Source: Pseudomonadota bacterium
Lineage (GTDB): Bacteria > Pseudomonadota > Alphaproteobacteria > Rhizobiales > Xanthobacteraceae
Reading direction: 5' to 3'
DNA length: 46,664 nucleotides
Assembly (NCBI GenBank): GCA_023432845.1
Contig: JAEZEY010000228.1
Coordinates: 1-46,664 of the forward strand
The notes beneath the pieces were generated by a model. The model was not told the DNA's origin, did no database searches, and saw only the letters and a list, made by a program, of their open reading frames with translations. The first letter of the stretch is position 1. Every line of letters starts with the position of its first letter. The position numbers and the translations under genes were made by a program. This document shows positions 1-10,095 of this stretch, piece after piece.

Positions 1-1
1 G

Positions 2-163
2 CCCAGCCCGGCGCCCCGCGCCGAGACGGCAGCCACCGCTGCTCATGCCCAGGCGGTCGAGGGCGTGGACGTGCCGATGCCGCAGGCGCGGCCGCGTGCG
101 ACGCGCCGTCAGGTGGTGCGGGTGCCGCAACCGCCCGAACGGCCGCCCGCTCGCCGGCGTTAG
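2..163 (+). CDS. 3' end of an upstream gene (Pro/Ala/Arg-rich C-terminal tail), truncated by window edge
   Basis: Frame 2 is open from the edge to TAG 161-163: PSPAPRAETAATAAHAQAVEGVDVPMPQARPRATRRQVVRVPQPPERPPARRR*. VPMPxxRP is typical of low-complexity tails of alphaproteobacterial envelope proteins. Confidence 0.5.
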   Translation, partial: PSPAPRAETAATAAHAQAVEGVDVPMPQARPRATRRQVVRVPQPPERPPARRR

Positions 164-197
164 AACGCCGGCCGCCCGAATCGCCTAGATTGCGGCG

Positions 198-872
198 ATG
201 GTGACGCCCGCCTACCGCAAACGCCTGACCGCCCTGCTCACGCCCGCTGAGCACCGCCTGTTCGCGCGGCTCGACAGGCCGCACAAGGTGCAGTCCTTCC
301 TCGACAAGATACCCGCCAACTTCGGTCTCGACGGCGACACCGCGATGTCGCCGCGGCGGATGCTGAAGGCCAAGGTCGCGCATTGCTCTGAAGGCGCGGT
401 GTTTGCCGTGGCGGCGCTGGCCTTCCACGGCCGCCGCTCCTGGCTGATCGACATGCGGGCGCTGCCGAGCGACTCCGATCACATCATCACCGTGTTCAAG
501 GAGCACGGCCTTTGGGGCGCCATCAGCAAGACTAACCACCCGGTGCTGCGCTGGCGCGATCCGGTATACCGCTCGCCGCGCGAGCTGGTGATGTCCTATG
601 TCCATGAATACTGCCTGCCGGGCGGCAAGAAGTCGCTGATGGAATATTCGCGGCCCTTCGCGCTGACCCGCTATGTGCCGGAACGCTGGTTGACGCCGGA
701 GGACGATCTCGACTGGCTGATGCTGGCGCTGGACGAGGCCCCGCATCTGCCGATCGCGCCCCGAACCTCGCTGAAGCGCCAGCGCCGCTCGACCGCCTTC
801 GAGCGTAGCGCCCACAATCGGACCGAATGGCCTGATCCGCGTCCAAAGAAAGCCGGCGGCAAGGCCTCGTAA
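198..872 (+). CDS. Vasohibin-like / transglutaminase-fold putative cysteine protease
   Basis: 224 aa ORF with host-like codon usage. Motifs AHC63SEGAVFA, DH95IITVF and WGAISKT112NHPVL-RWRDPVYRSPRELV resemble the vasohibin catalytic core. Confidence 0.7.
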   Translation: MVTPAYRKRLTALLTPAEHRLFARLDRPHKVQSFLDKIPANFGLDGDTAMSPRRMLKAKVAHCSEGAVFAVAALAFHGRRSWLIDMRALPSDSDHIITVFKEHGLWGAISKTNHPVLRWRDPVYRSPRELVMSYVHEYCLPGGKKSLMEYSRPFALTRYVPERWLTPEDDLDWLMLALDEAPHLPIAPRTSLKRQRRSTAFERSAHNRTEWPDPRPKKAGGKAS

Positions 873-923
873 CCTCGCGGCCGGCGCTCTACAATGATGA
901 TATTCGAGCCGGAGACATAGCGC

Positions 924-1346
924 GTGACGTCCTTCACCCTTCGCCGCCCCTTCATCGTCCCTTGGGGCGACTGCGATCCCGCCGGCATCGTCTTCAATCC
1001 GAAATTCTTCACTTACTTCGACACCAACACATGGCTGATGTTCGAAGCCGCCACCGGCGTTAAAGCGCACGACATCAATACGCGCTTCGGCATCATCGGC
1101 ATCGCTCTCGTCGATGCCGGTGCCAATTTCATGAAGCCGGTCAAATACGGCGACGAGATAGAAATCGTCTCGCGAGTCGCTGAATTCCGCCGTTCGAGCT
1201 TCGTGGTCGAGCACAAGATCCTGCTCGGCGGCGACCTGCGCAACGAAGGCACCGAAACGCGCGTCTGGGCGGTGAAGCACCCGGACGATCCGGAGAAGAT
1301 CAAGACCGCGGCGATACCGGACGAGGTGATTAAAGCGTTCCAGTAA
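924..1346 (+). CDS. Acyl-CoA thioesterase (4-hydroxybenzoyl-CoA thioesterase/hot-dog family)
   Basis: 140 aa, GTG start after GGAG; WGDCDPAGIVF motif; adjacent to box genes. Confidence 0.88.
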   Translation: MTSFTLRRPFIVPWGDCDPAGIVFNPKFFTYFDTNTWLMFEAATGVKAHDINTRFGIIGIALVDAGANFMKPVKYGDEIEIVSRVAEFRRSSFVVEHKILLGGDLRNEGTETRVWAVKHPDDPEKIKTAAIPDEVIKAFQ

Positions 1347-1349
1347 AAG

Positions 1350-1430
1350 TCGTCCCCGCGGAAGCGGGGACCCATAGCCTCCGTCTCTCGATGGCGCAGT
1401 GAGAATGGGTCCCCGCCTTCGCGGGGACGA
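1350..1430. repeat. REP/MITE-like palindromic intergenic element
   Basis: 26-bp inverted repeats at 1350-1375 (TCGTCCCCGCGGAAGCGGGGACCCAT) and 1405-1430 (ATGGGTCCCCGCCTTCGCGGGGACGA), 2 mismatches; each arm is itself a hairpin. Lies between convergent stop codons. Confidence 0.85.
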
Positions 1431-1436
1431 AAGATA

Positions 1437-2882
1437 CTACGCCAGCTTCACGTACTCGAAGTCGCCCGACTTGTTGTCGATGCCGACCTTGGGCGGTGAG
1501 ATCCACGAAGCGAATTTGCCTGGCTCCATCTGCGGCTGCATCAGGCCTTCAATGTAGACGCGGTCATTGTCGTTCGGCAGGTGGTCGTCCCGCACCTTGT
1601 CCCACGCGTCATCGGTAAGGATATTGCCCTGCGGGTCGGCCTTGATCTTCGAGAACTCGCCGATCTGCCGGTGGAAGGCCTGGTGCGGCAGCAATAGCTG
1701 GAAGCTGATGCCGGACGCTTCGATGGCCTTGTTCCAGCGTGACACGCCGAGCTCGCAATCCTTCAGGTAGTCGTCACGCAGGCGCATATTGAGGGCCGAC
1801 AAAGCCGGGGCCTCCTCGTTGACGATCTTGCCGTCCTTGAGGCGGGCAACCTTGTAGGTGTCATTCTCAAGCCTGTGGTCGTCGCCGGTGAGGCGCTCCT
1901 CGCGGAAACGACCCTTGATGCCGGCATGGAAGGCGTTGGCGGCGTTGGTCGAAATCTCGTTGCCGAACAGATCGAGCGACAGCGAGCAGTGCAGGTTGAG
2001 CTTCTTCTGCACCGTCGGCAGGTCGATGACGCCGAGCTTGCGCACCGCCTCGATATCGTTCGGATCGTCGATGCCGGCCTGCTTCATCGCCTCACAAGTG
2101 CGCTCGACGATGCGTGTCACGCCGGTCTCGCCGACGAACTTGTGGGGGGCTTCTTCGGTCAGCATGAAACGGCAGGTACGCGACAATGGATCGAAGCCGG
2201 ACTGCGCCTGCGCCTCGAGCTGCATCTTGCCGTCGCGGTCCGTAAAGTAAGTGAACATGAAGAAGGACAGCCAATCCGGCGTCTTTTCATTGAAGGCGCC
2301 GAGCATACGGGGCGTATCGGCGTCGCCCGAACGGCGCTCGAGCAACGCGTCAGCCTCGTCGCGGCCTTCGCTGCCGAAATACTTGTGCAGCAGGTAGACC
2401 ATCGCCCACAGGTGACGGCCCTCCTCGACGTTGACCTGGAACAGGTTGCGCATGTCGTAGAGCGACGGCGCGGTCTTGCCGAGATGGCGCTGCTGTTCGA
2501 CCGAGGCCGGCTCGGTGTCGCCCTGAATGACGATAAGGCGGCGCAGCAGAGCGCGATACTCGCCCGGCACTTCCTGCCATGCCTTCTCGCCCTTATGCGC
2601 GCCGAACGGGATCTTTCGGTCCTCGACCTGCGGCGCCAGAAGAATACCCCAGCGATACTCCGGCATCTTCACATAGTCGAATTTGGCCCAGCCCTTCGGG
2701 TCGACCGATACTGCGGTGCGCAGATAGACCAGCGCCTCCTGGAAGCCCTCCGGCCCCATGTCGTTCCACCAGTTGATGTAACCGGGGTGCCATTTCTCCA
2801 GCGCGCGCTTGACGCGTGTATCGGAGTTGAGGCCGACATTGTTTGGGATCAGGCCGTCGTAATCGACATTGACGATGTTCAT
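1437..2882 (-). CDS. boxB: Benzoyl-CoA 2,3-epoxidase, di-iron oxygenase subunit BoxB
   Basis: 481 aa; QGDTEPASVEQQ, VNVEEGRHLWAM, FTDRDGK and FMLTEEAxH di-iron motifs; downstream of boxC. Confidence 0.95.
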   Translation of the reverse strand: MNIVNVDYDGLIPNNVGLNSDTRVKRALEKWHPGYINWWNDMGPEGFQEALVYLRTAVSVDPKGWAKFDYVKMPEYRWGILLAPQVEDRKIPFGAHKGEKAWQEVPGEYRALLRRLIVIQGDTEPASVEQQRHLGKTAPSLYDMRNLFQVNVEEGRHLWAMVYLLHKYFGSEGRDEADALLERRSGDADTPRMLGAFNEKTPDWLSFFMFTYFTDRDGKMQLEAQAQSGFDPLSRTCRFMLTEEAPHKFVGETGVTRIVERTCEAMKQAGIDDPNDIEAVRKLGVIDLPTVQKKLNLHCSLSLDLFGNEISTNAANAFHAGIKGRFREERLTGDDHRLENDTYKVARLKDGKIVNEEAPALSALNMRLRDDYLKDCELGVSRWNKAIEASGISFQLLLPHQAFHRQIGEFSKIKADPQGNILTDDAWDKVRDDHLPNDNDRVYIEGLMQPQMEPGKFASWISPPKVGIDNKSGDFEYVKLA

Positions 2883-2898
2883 GAGGTTTTCCTCTCAG

Positions 2899-3001
2899 GT
2901 CATCCCGGGGCGGCCGCAGGCCGACCCGGAATCCAGACGCGACATGCAGCGTCTGTTGCTGGATTCCGGGTTCGCTCGCTGCGCTCGCGCCCCGGAATGA
3001 C
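2899..3001. repeat. REP/MITE-like palindromic element (GTCAT...ATGAC termini) between boxC and boxB
   Basis: Terminal IR GTCATCCCGGGGCG / CGCCCCGGAATGAC and internal IR ACCCGGAATCCAG / CTGGATTCCGGGT. Confidence 0.85.
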
Positions 3002-3003
3002 GG

Positions 3004-4677
3004 TTACACTCTCTCTTTATTAAACGTCGGCTTCACGCCGCTGCCGTACAGCTTCAGCGCGCCTTGCTCGCCAATGGCGTTGGGACGCTGGAAGATCCAG
3101 TTCTGCCAGGCGGTCAGCCGGCCGAAGATTTTCGTTTCCATGGTCTCCGGGCCGGCGAAGCGCAGGTTGGCCTCAAGGCCGGTGAGCGCGTCGGGGGAGA
3201 ACGAGGCACGCTCTTCCATCATCACGCGCAGTTCGTCGTCCCAGTCGAAATCCTCATAGGCGAAAGTGACAAGGCCGAGCTCGAGCGCATCCTCGGCTTC
3301 AAGCGGCTCGCCAATCTTCGCCTCGGCGGCCTTCAGGGAATCATTGTCGTCGAGAAAACGCGTCTCAAGCCGTGTCAGGGCGTTGCCCATTGGATACGGC
3401 CCGAAATTGGCCTTCCCGAGCGTAATGGCCGCTGCCTTCCGATTATCGCCCTCGCGCGTGCCGATCAGCATCGCCGAACGGTCGGCGACGAAGACCAGTT
3501 CGGCGAGCGTGCCGGCAAAGCACGAGCCGGGTTCGACCAGCGCCATCAGTGTTTTCGGTGTGACATCGAGGCGCTTGAACACCCGCTTCACGTAGTGACG
3601 GATTTCGCGCAGCAGCCAGTCGTTATGACCGTTGAGCAGCACGTCGTCGTGGCTCAGTACCGCCTTGGCGTCGCCTTCGGTCTTGAGCACGACGAGATTG
3701 ACGGTCGGCTCGTTGGTGCGCAGATGCAGGATGGCATCCTCCAACTCGCGCGCCATCGCCAGGGGCCAGAACGCCGCGCCTTTTTCATGTACCGCCTCGA
3801 CCGAACCAGGGGCCGCTTCATTCGGCGCCTTGACGATGATAGTGGCAATCGACTTGTCGCGGTCGATCTCCACCTCGACATGCGAATAGGATACGCGGCT
3901 GTCGGCGATGGTGCGCTCCAGCGGCGTCAGCGCGATTCCCTTCGCATTGGCCGGCCGATCGGACTGTTGGGCGATCTCGGCGGCACGGGTCTTCACGGCG
4001 TCCTGCCACTTCGACGGCGGCACCGTCTCATCGACCAGTTTCCACTCCACCGCCTTGGCGCCGCGCAAACCCTCTTCCGTGGCGCAGAAGAAATCGGCGC
4101 GATCACGGCGGACTTTCCGCTTGTCGGTAACGCGCGTCAGCCCGCCGGTGCCCGGCAGCACCGCGAGCAGCGGCGTCTCCGGCAGCGACACCGCCGAGCG
4201 GCGGTCATCGATCAGCATGATATGGTCGGCCGCGAGCGCGAGTTCATAGCCGCCGCCGGCGCAGGCGCCGCTGACGGCCGCCATGTATTTCTGGCCGGAA
4301 TTGACGCTGGCGTCCTCGATGGCAAGGCGCGTCTCGTTGGTGAACTTGCAGAAGTTCACCTTCCACTGATGCGACGACTTGCCAAGCATGCGGATATTGG
4401 CGCCGGCGCAGAACACATTGTCCTTGCCGGACTTGATGACGACCGCCTGGACTTCCGGATGCTCGAAGCGCAGCCGCTGCACCGCGTCGTTGAGCTCGAT
4501 ATCGACGCCGAGATCGTAGGAATTGAGCTTGAGTTCGTAATCGGGCTTGAGGCCACCAGCCGGATCGACATCCATGATCAAATTGGCGACGTTACCGTCG
4601 ATCTCGATACGCCAGTGACGATAGCGCGACGGATCGGTGCGGTAATCGACGATGCGGGGCTCGGCGGTGTCGGTCAT
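3004..4677 (-). CDS. boxC: 2,3-epoxybenzoyl-CoA dihydrolase BoxC (double crotonase)
   Basis: 557 aa; LKLNSYDLGVDIEL, FCAGANI, AGGGYELALA, GRLTAWQNWIF. Confidence 0.96.
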   Translation of the reverse strand: MTDTAEPRIVDYRTDPSRYRHWRIEIDGNVANLIMDVDPAGGLKPDYELKLNSYDLGVDIELNDAVQRLRFEHPEVQAVVIKSGKDNVFCAGANIRMLGKSSHQWKVNFCKFTNETRLAIEDASVNSGQKYMAAVSGACAGGGYELALAADHIMLIDDRRSAVSLPETPLLAVLPGTGGLTRVTDKRKVRRDRADFFCATEEGLRGAKAVEWKLVDETVPPSKWQDAVKTRAAEIAQQSDRPANAKGIALTPLERTIADSRVSYSHVEVEIDRDKSIATIIVKAPNEAAPGSVEAVHEKGAAFWPLAMARELEDAILHLRTNEPTVNLVVLKTEGDAKAVLSHDDVLLNGHNDWLLREIRHYVKRVFKRLDVTPKTLMALVEPGSCFAGTLAELVFVADRSAMLIGTREGDNRKAAAITLGKANFGPYPMGNALTRLETRFLDDNDSLKAAEAKIGEPLEAEDALELGLVTFAYEDFDWDDELRVMMEERASFSPDALTGLEANLRFAGPETMETKIFGRLTAWQNWIFQRPNAIGEQGALKLYGSGVKPTFNKERV

Positions 4678-4710
4678 CCCGGCGTGTCTTCCCTGCGAGA
4701 AATGGCAAGA

Positions 4711-4728
4711 TATGCATTATTTTGCATA
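4711..4728. promoter_or_regulatory. BoxR/BzdR-type operator at the boxC promoter
   Basis: Perfect palindrome TATGCA-TTATTT-TGCATA (TGCA-N6-TGCA), directly downstream of a minus-strand TTGCCC-N17-TACAGC promoter-like element (4758-4730). BzdR/BoxR are known to bind TGCA-containing palindromes. Confidence 0.7.
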
Positions 4729-4790
4729 GGCTGTAGCATCACGTCCGGTAGCGGGCAACGTTTTAAGTCATAATGACTCGCAAATTCCGT

Positions 4791-4810
4791 TGCACTAGCA
4801 TTATAGTGCA
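4791..4810. promoter_or_regulatory. BoxR-type operator overlapping the putative boxR -35 (autoregulation)
   Basis: Perfect palindrome TGCACTA-GCATTA-TAGTGCA, 15 nt upstream of the boxR ATG, overlapping TTGCAC at 4790-4795. Confidence 0.65.
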
Positions 4811-4825
4811 TGGTATTGGCAATCT

Positions 4826-6789
<1,964 letters not shown>

Positions 6790-6810
6790 ACGTGCACACG
6801 TAAAGAAATC

Positions 6811-7134
6811 ATGCCCAAGATCACCTTCATCGAACATGACGGCACCGTTCACGATGTCGAGGCCGAACTCGGCGCCTCGGTCATGGAAACGGCATTGCGC
6901 AACGGCGTCAGCAGCATCGTCGCCGAATGCGGCGGCTGCTGCACCTGTGCCACCTGCCATGTCTATGTCGATGAGGCCTGGGTCGAGCGCGTCGGCCCGC
7001 CCTCGCCGTCCGAGGACGCCGAACTGGACGCCGCCTTCGACGTGCGCGCCAATTCGCGGCTGTCGTGCCAGATCACGGTGACCGAGGCGCTCGACGGCCT
7101 GATCGTGCGCACGCCCTCCTATCAGGGACGCTAA
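6811..7134 (+). CDS. [2Fe-2S] ferredoxin, adrenodoxin/putidaredoxin type
   Basis: 107 aa; ECGGCCTCATCHV and SRLSCQ motifs. Confidence 0.93.
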   Translation: MPKITFIEHDGTVHDVEAELGASVMETALRNGVSSIVAECGGCCTCATCHVYVDEAWVERVGPPSPSEDAELDAAFDVRANSRLSCQITVTEALDGLIVRTPSYQGR

Positions 7135-7305
7135 GTCGTTCCTCACTCTGTCACGCGCTCCCGGCGATGCCGGCAGCCGGCGCCTGCCGGACCAAATCCG
7201 GCACGTGTTTGCAGCCGATTGATCGCCCAACAAGGCCCTTGCCGGCCTCGATTCCGGACAAGGGCCGAATGTGGTAGCGTGGCGCGTTCAAGACAGGAAA
7301 CCTGA

Positions 7306-8718
7306 ATGGCCTCTCCGATCGTTCCCGTTCTCCTTGCCGGCGGCGCCGGTACGCGCCTTTGGCCGGTGTCGCGCGATGCCCTGCCCAAGCAGTTCCTGCC
7401 GCTGATGGGCAAGCACTCGACCTATCAAGAGACCCTGCTCCGCGTTCGCGGCCCCGAATTCGGCACGCCGATCGTCGTCACCGGCCCGGACTTTCATTTC
7501 TTCGCCCGCCGGCAGGCCGAGGAACTGGGCATCGACGTCACCGTCGTCATCGAGCCGATGCGCCGCGACTCCGGCCCCGCCATCGCCGCCGGCGCCGCCA
7601 TCACGCTGATGCGCGATCCGCAGGCCGTCGTTCTGGCGCTGGCCGCCGACCACATCGTGCTCGACCCGGAAGACTTCCGCAAAACCTGCGTTGCCGGCCG
7701 GGCTGCCGCCGATCTCGGCCGCATCGTTACCTTCGGCATCAAGCCGACCGAACCGAAAACCAGCTTCGGCTATATCCGGCCGGGCAAGCCGATCGACGGC
7801 ACGACCACCGCCGAAGTCGCGAGCTTCGTCGAGAAGCCGGACCTCGCCACCGCCGCGCGCTATGTGCAGGACGGCTACCTGTGGAATTCCGGAAACTTCC
7901 TGTTCCGCGCCGACGTGCTGCTCGAGGAGCTCACGCGTCTGGAGCCCGAGATGGCCAGCGCCGTCGAGGACAGCGTTGCCCGCTCCAACACCGATCTGGG
8001 CTTCGTGCGTCTCGATGCCGAGACCTTCGCCCGCTCGCCGCAGAAGTCGATCGACTATGCCGTCATGGAGCGCACGGATCGCGCGGCGGTCGTGACCGGC
8101 AATTTCCGCTGGTCGGATATCGGCAGCTGGGACGCCCTGTTTGACATCGCGGCGCCCGACGCCAACGGCAATGTGCTGCAGGGCGAGGTCGCACTGATGG
8201 ACTCCAGGAACTGCGTGGTCCATTCGGAGAGCCGCCTGACCACCCTGATCGGAGTCGAGGATCTGGTCGTCGTCAGCGTTGCGGATGCCACGCTGGTCGT
8301 GCCGCGTTCGCGTTCGCAGGAAGTCAAGGACCTTGTCGCCAGGCTGAAAGCCGACAAGCGGCCGGAAGCGGTGGTGCATCGCCGCGTGCATCGGCCGTGG
8401 GGCTATTACGAGTCAATCGACATGGGCGAGCGCTTCCAGGTCAAGCGCATCGTCGTACTGCCCGGCGGCATGCTCTCATTGCAGCGCCATCGGCATCGCT
8501 CCGAGCATTGGGTGGTCGTCAGCGGCACCGCCGAGGTGACGATCGAGCAGGCCGTCAAAGCTGTGCACGAGAACGAGTCGATCTACGTTCCGATCGGCTC
8601 GGTGCACCGCCTTGCCAACAAGGGCAAGATTCCGCTCGAGCTCATCGAAGTGCAGACCGGCAGCTATCTCGGCGAGGACGACATCGAGCGCCTGGAAGAC
8701 GTCTACAGCCGCGTCTAG
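7306..8718 (+). CDS. manC: Mannose-1-phosphate guanylyltransferase / mannose-6-phosphate isomerase
   Basis: LAGGAGTRLWPVSR..PKQF, FVEKP, WNSGNF, SIDYAVME; C-terminal cupin RPWG...RSEHW. Confidence 0.95.
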   Translation: MASPIVPVLLAGGAGTRLWPVSRDALPKQFLPLMGKHSTYQETLLRVRGPEFGTPIVVTGPDFHFFARRQAEELGIDVTVVIEPMRRDSGPAIAAGAAITLMRDPQAVVLALAADHIVLDPEDFRKTCVAGRAAADLGRIVTFGIKPTEPKTSFGYIRPGKPIDGTTTAEVASFVEKPDLATAARYVQDGYLWNSGNFLFRADVLLEELTRLEPEMASAVEDSVARSNTDLGFVRLDAETFARSPQKSIDYAVMERTDRAAVVTGNFRWSDIGSWDALFDIAAPDANGNVLQGEVALMDSRNCVVHSESRLTTLIGVEDLVVVSVADATLVVPRSRSQEVKDLVARLKADKRPEAVVHRRVHRPWGYYESIDMGERFQVKRIVVLPGGMLSLQRHRHRSEHWVVVSGTAEVTIEQAVKAVHENESIYVPIGSVHRLANKGKIPLELIEVQTGSYLGEDDIERLEDVYSRV

Positions 8719-8781
8719 GCTTGCGATGCGGCACGGCCGCGTGCCGTCGCCACAGAATCTGCCAGACTTTTCCGGAGGAAA

Positions 8782-8857
<76 letters not shown>

Positions 8858-8897
8858 TGATTGCCAACGGCCCGAAGGCTCCATCGGCAAGGCGGTC

Positions 8898-8926
8898 CCT
8901 GTAGCAAAGCGATCCCGCCATGGCAA
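8898..8926 (-). promoter_or_regulatory. Putative sigma70 promoter of tRNA-Lys
   Basis: Minus strand TTGCCA-N17-TACAGG about 40 nt upstream of the tRNA. Confidence 0.5.
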
Positions 8927-8975
8927 GCGCTGATACCCGCTCGCAGTGGCCCGCTAAGCCCTCGATCCACAACGC

Positions 8976-9003
8976 AAAAACCGCCGGGCGAACCCGGCGG
9001 TTT
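8976..9003 (-). terminator. Intrinsic terminator
   Basis: Minus strand AAACCGCCGGG-TTCG-CCCGGCGGTTTTT. Confidence 0.8.
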
Positions 9004-9091
9004 CTGGGATGGGGAGCGGTCTCCCGGGAGAGATGCCGCAGGCCATCCACTTCGCGTCGGGACCGGGCGCTATACCGCGCCCTGCCCGTCA

Positions 9092-9667
9092 TTACTGCGG
9101 CCGTGGAGCTTCCGTTCCGGCACCCGGGCCTCCCATTGGACCACGAGGACCCCGGTTATCCATGCGACCGTAGCCGTGGTGACCGTGATGGCCGCCGCGA
9201 TGCCAGCCGCCGCGGTGCCAGCCGCCGCGCTCACCGCCGAGCCGCGCGAGCGCCCAGAAACGCTTCTTCTGGGAGTCGTCGAGGCTCTTGTAGAGCGGGC
9301 CCGCCGCTTCGGTGAGCTTCTTCAGCGCCGCACCCTGCTGCGTCATCGCGTCGGCGCGCTGGCTCAGCCGTTCGAAGCGGTCGACCGGCTTGTCGGCCGA
9401 GGCCCGCGCGGCAAAGCGCTCCGAGCGCTGCTTGGCGAAATCGCGCAGCGCGGACTCGACCGCCGGCCAGTTCTTCTCCTGCTCGGACGTGAGCTTGAGA
9501 CCGGCCTTCAGCGCGGCGATGCGGGCGTCGCCGAACGCCGCCATATCTTCCGCCGTCGGACGCCAGCGCTCGGCGCCTCTCGGACCATCGGGTCCCTTTT
9601 GAGCGTAAGCAAGAGAGCCTCCGGCGATCGCAAGCGCAGTCGTACCGGCAAGAACGTACTTCAACAT
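9092..9667 (-). CDS. Spy/CpxP-like (LTXXQ motif) periplasmic protein
   Basis: Signal peptide MLKYVLAGTTALAIAGGSLAYA; LKLTSEQ and PLYKSLDDSQK motifs; GGAGG RBS before ATG 9667. Confidence 0.85.
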   Translation of the reverse strand: MLKYVLAGTTALAIAGGSLAYAQKGPDGPRGAERWRPTAEDMAAFGDARIAALKAGLKLTSEQEKNWPAVESALRDFAKQRSERFAARASADKPVDRFERLSQRADAMTQQGAALKKLTEAAGPLYKSLDDSQKKRFWALARLGGERGGWHRGGWHRGGHHGHHGYGRMDNRGPRGPMGGPGAGTEAPRPQ

Positions 9668-10095
9668 AGCCACCTCCATGGCAACAACTATTCAGATAGC
9701 CATTCAACGAAGGTGACGAGAGAAAACCTGCGGCCTCGCTTCGACTTAGACGCTCGATAGACATTAAATGATGGCAATGTTCATTGACGTTTGTTCATCG
9801 ATCCAAAGACGAGAACGGGGTTCTTCGCTGGTGACTGGCACGCGCGCCGAATTGCCCCGGCAATACTGCCGTCGCGGCGGTAGCAGACTGCCCGGCTTGC
9901 CACCGCGGTCATCAACCCACGGACTTGACCACAGTTGCGCTTGAACTACTATATTACCTCTCATCGACTACACCCCCGTGGCGAAGTTACGTCTAGGCAT
10001 CGCACGGTTACTCGGCGATGATGCTTGTCTGAGACCAGCGCATAGCCCATCCATACCGGGCGACAGAAAAACAGCGCGACACCGGAGGAGACAAT

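Noticed and set aside
1350..3001. Palindromic repeats as a CRISPR array or composite transposon ends
   Set aside because: Only two dissimilar elements; no repeat-spacer periodicity, cas genes or transposase.
6928..6960. Extra Cys in the ferredoxin loop (CGGCCTCATCH)
   Set aside because: All four canonical ligands are present; variation at this position is not enough to claim a new cluster type.
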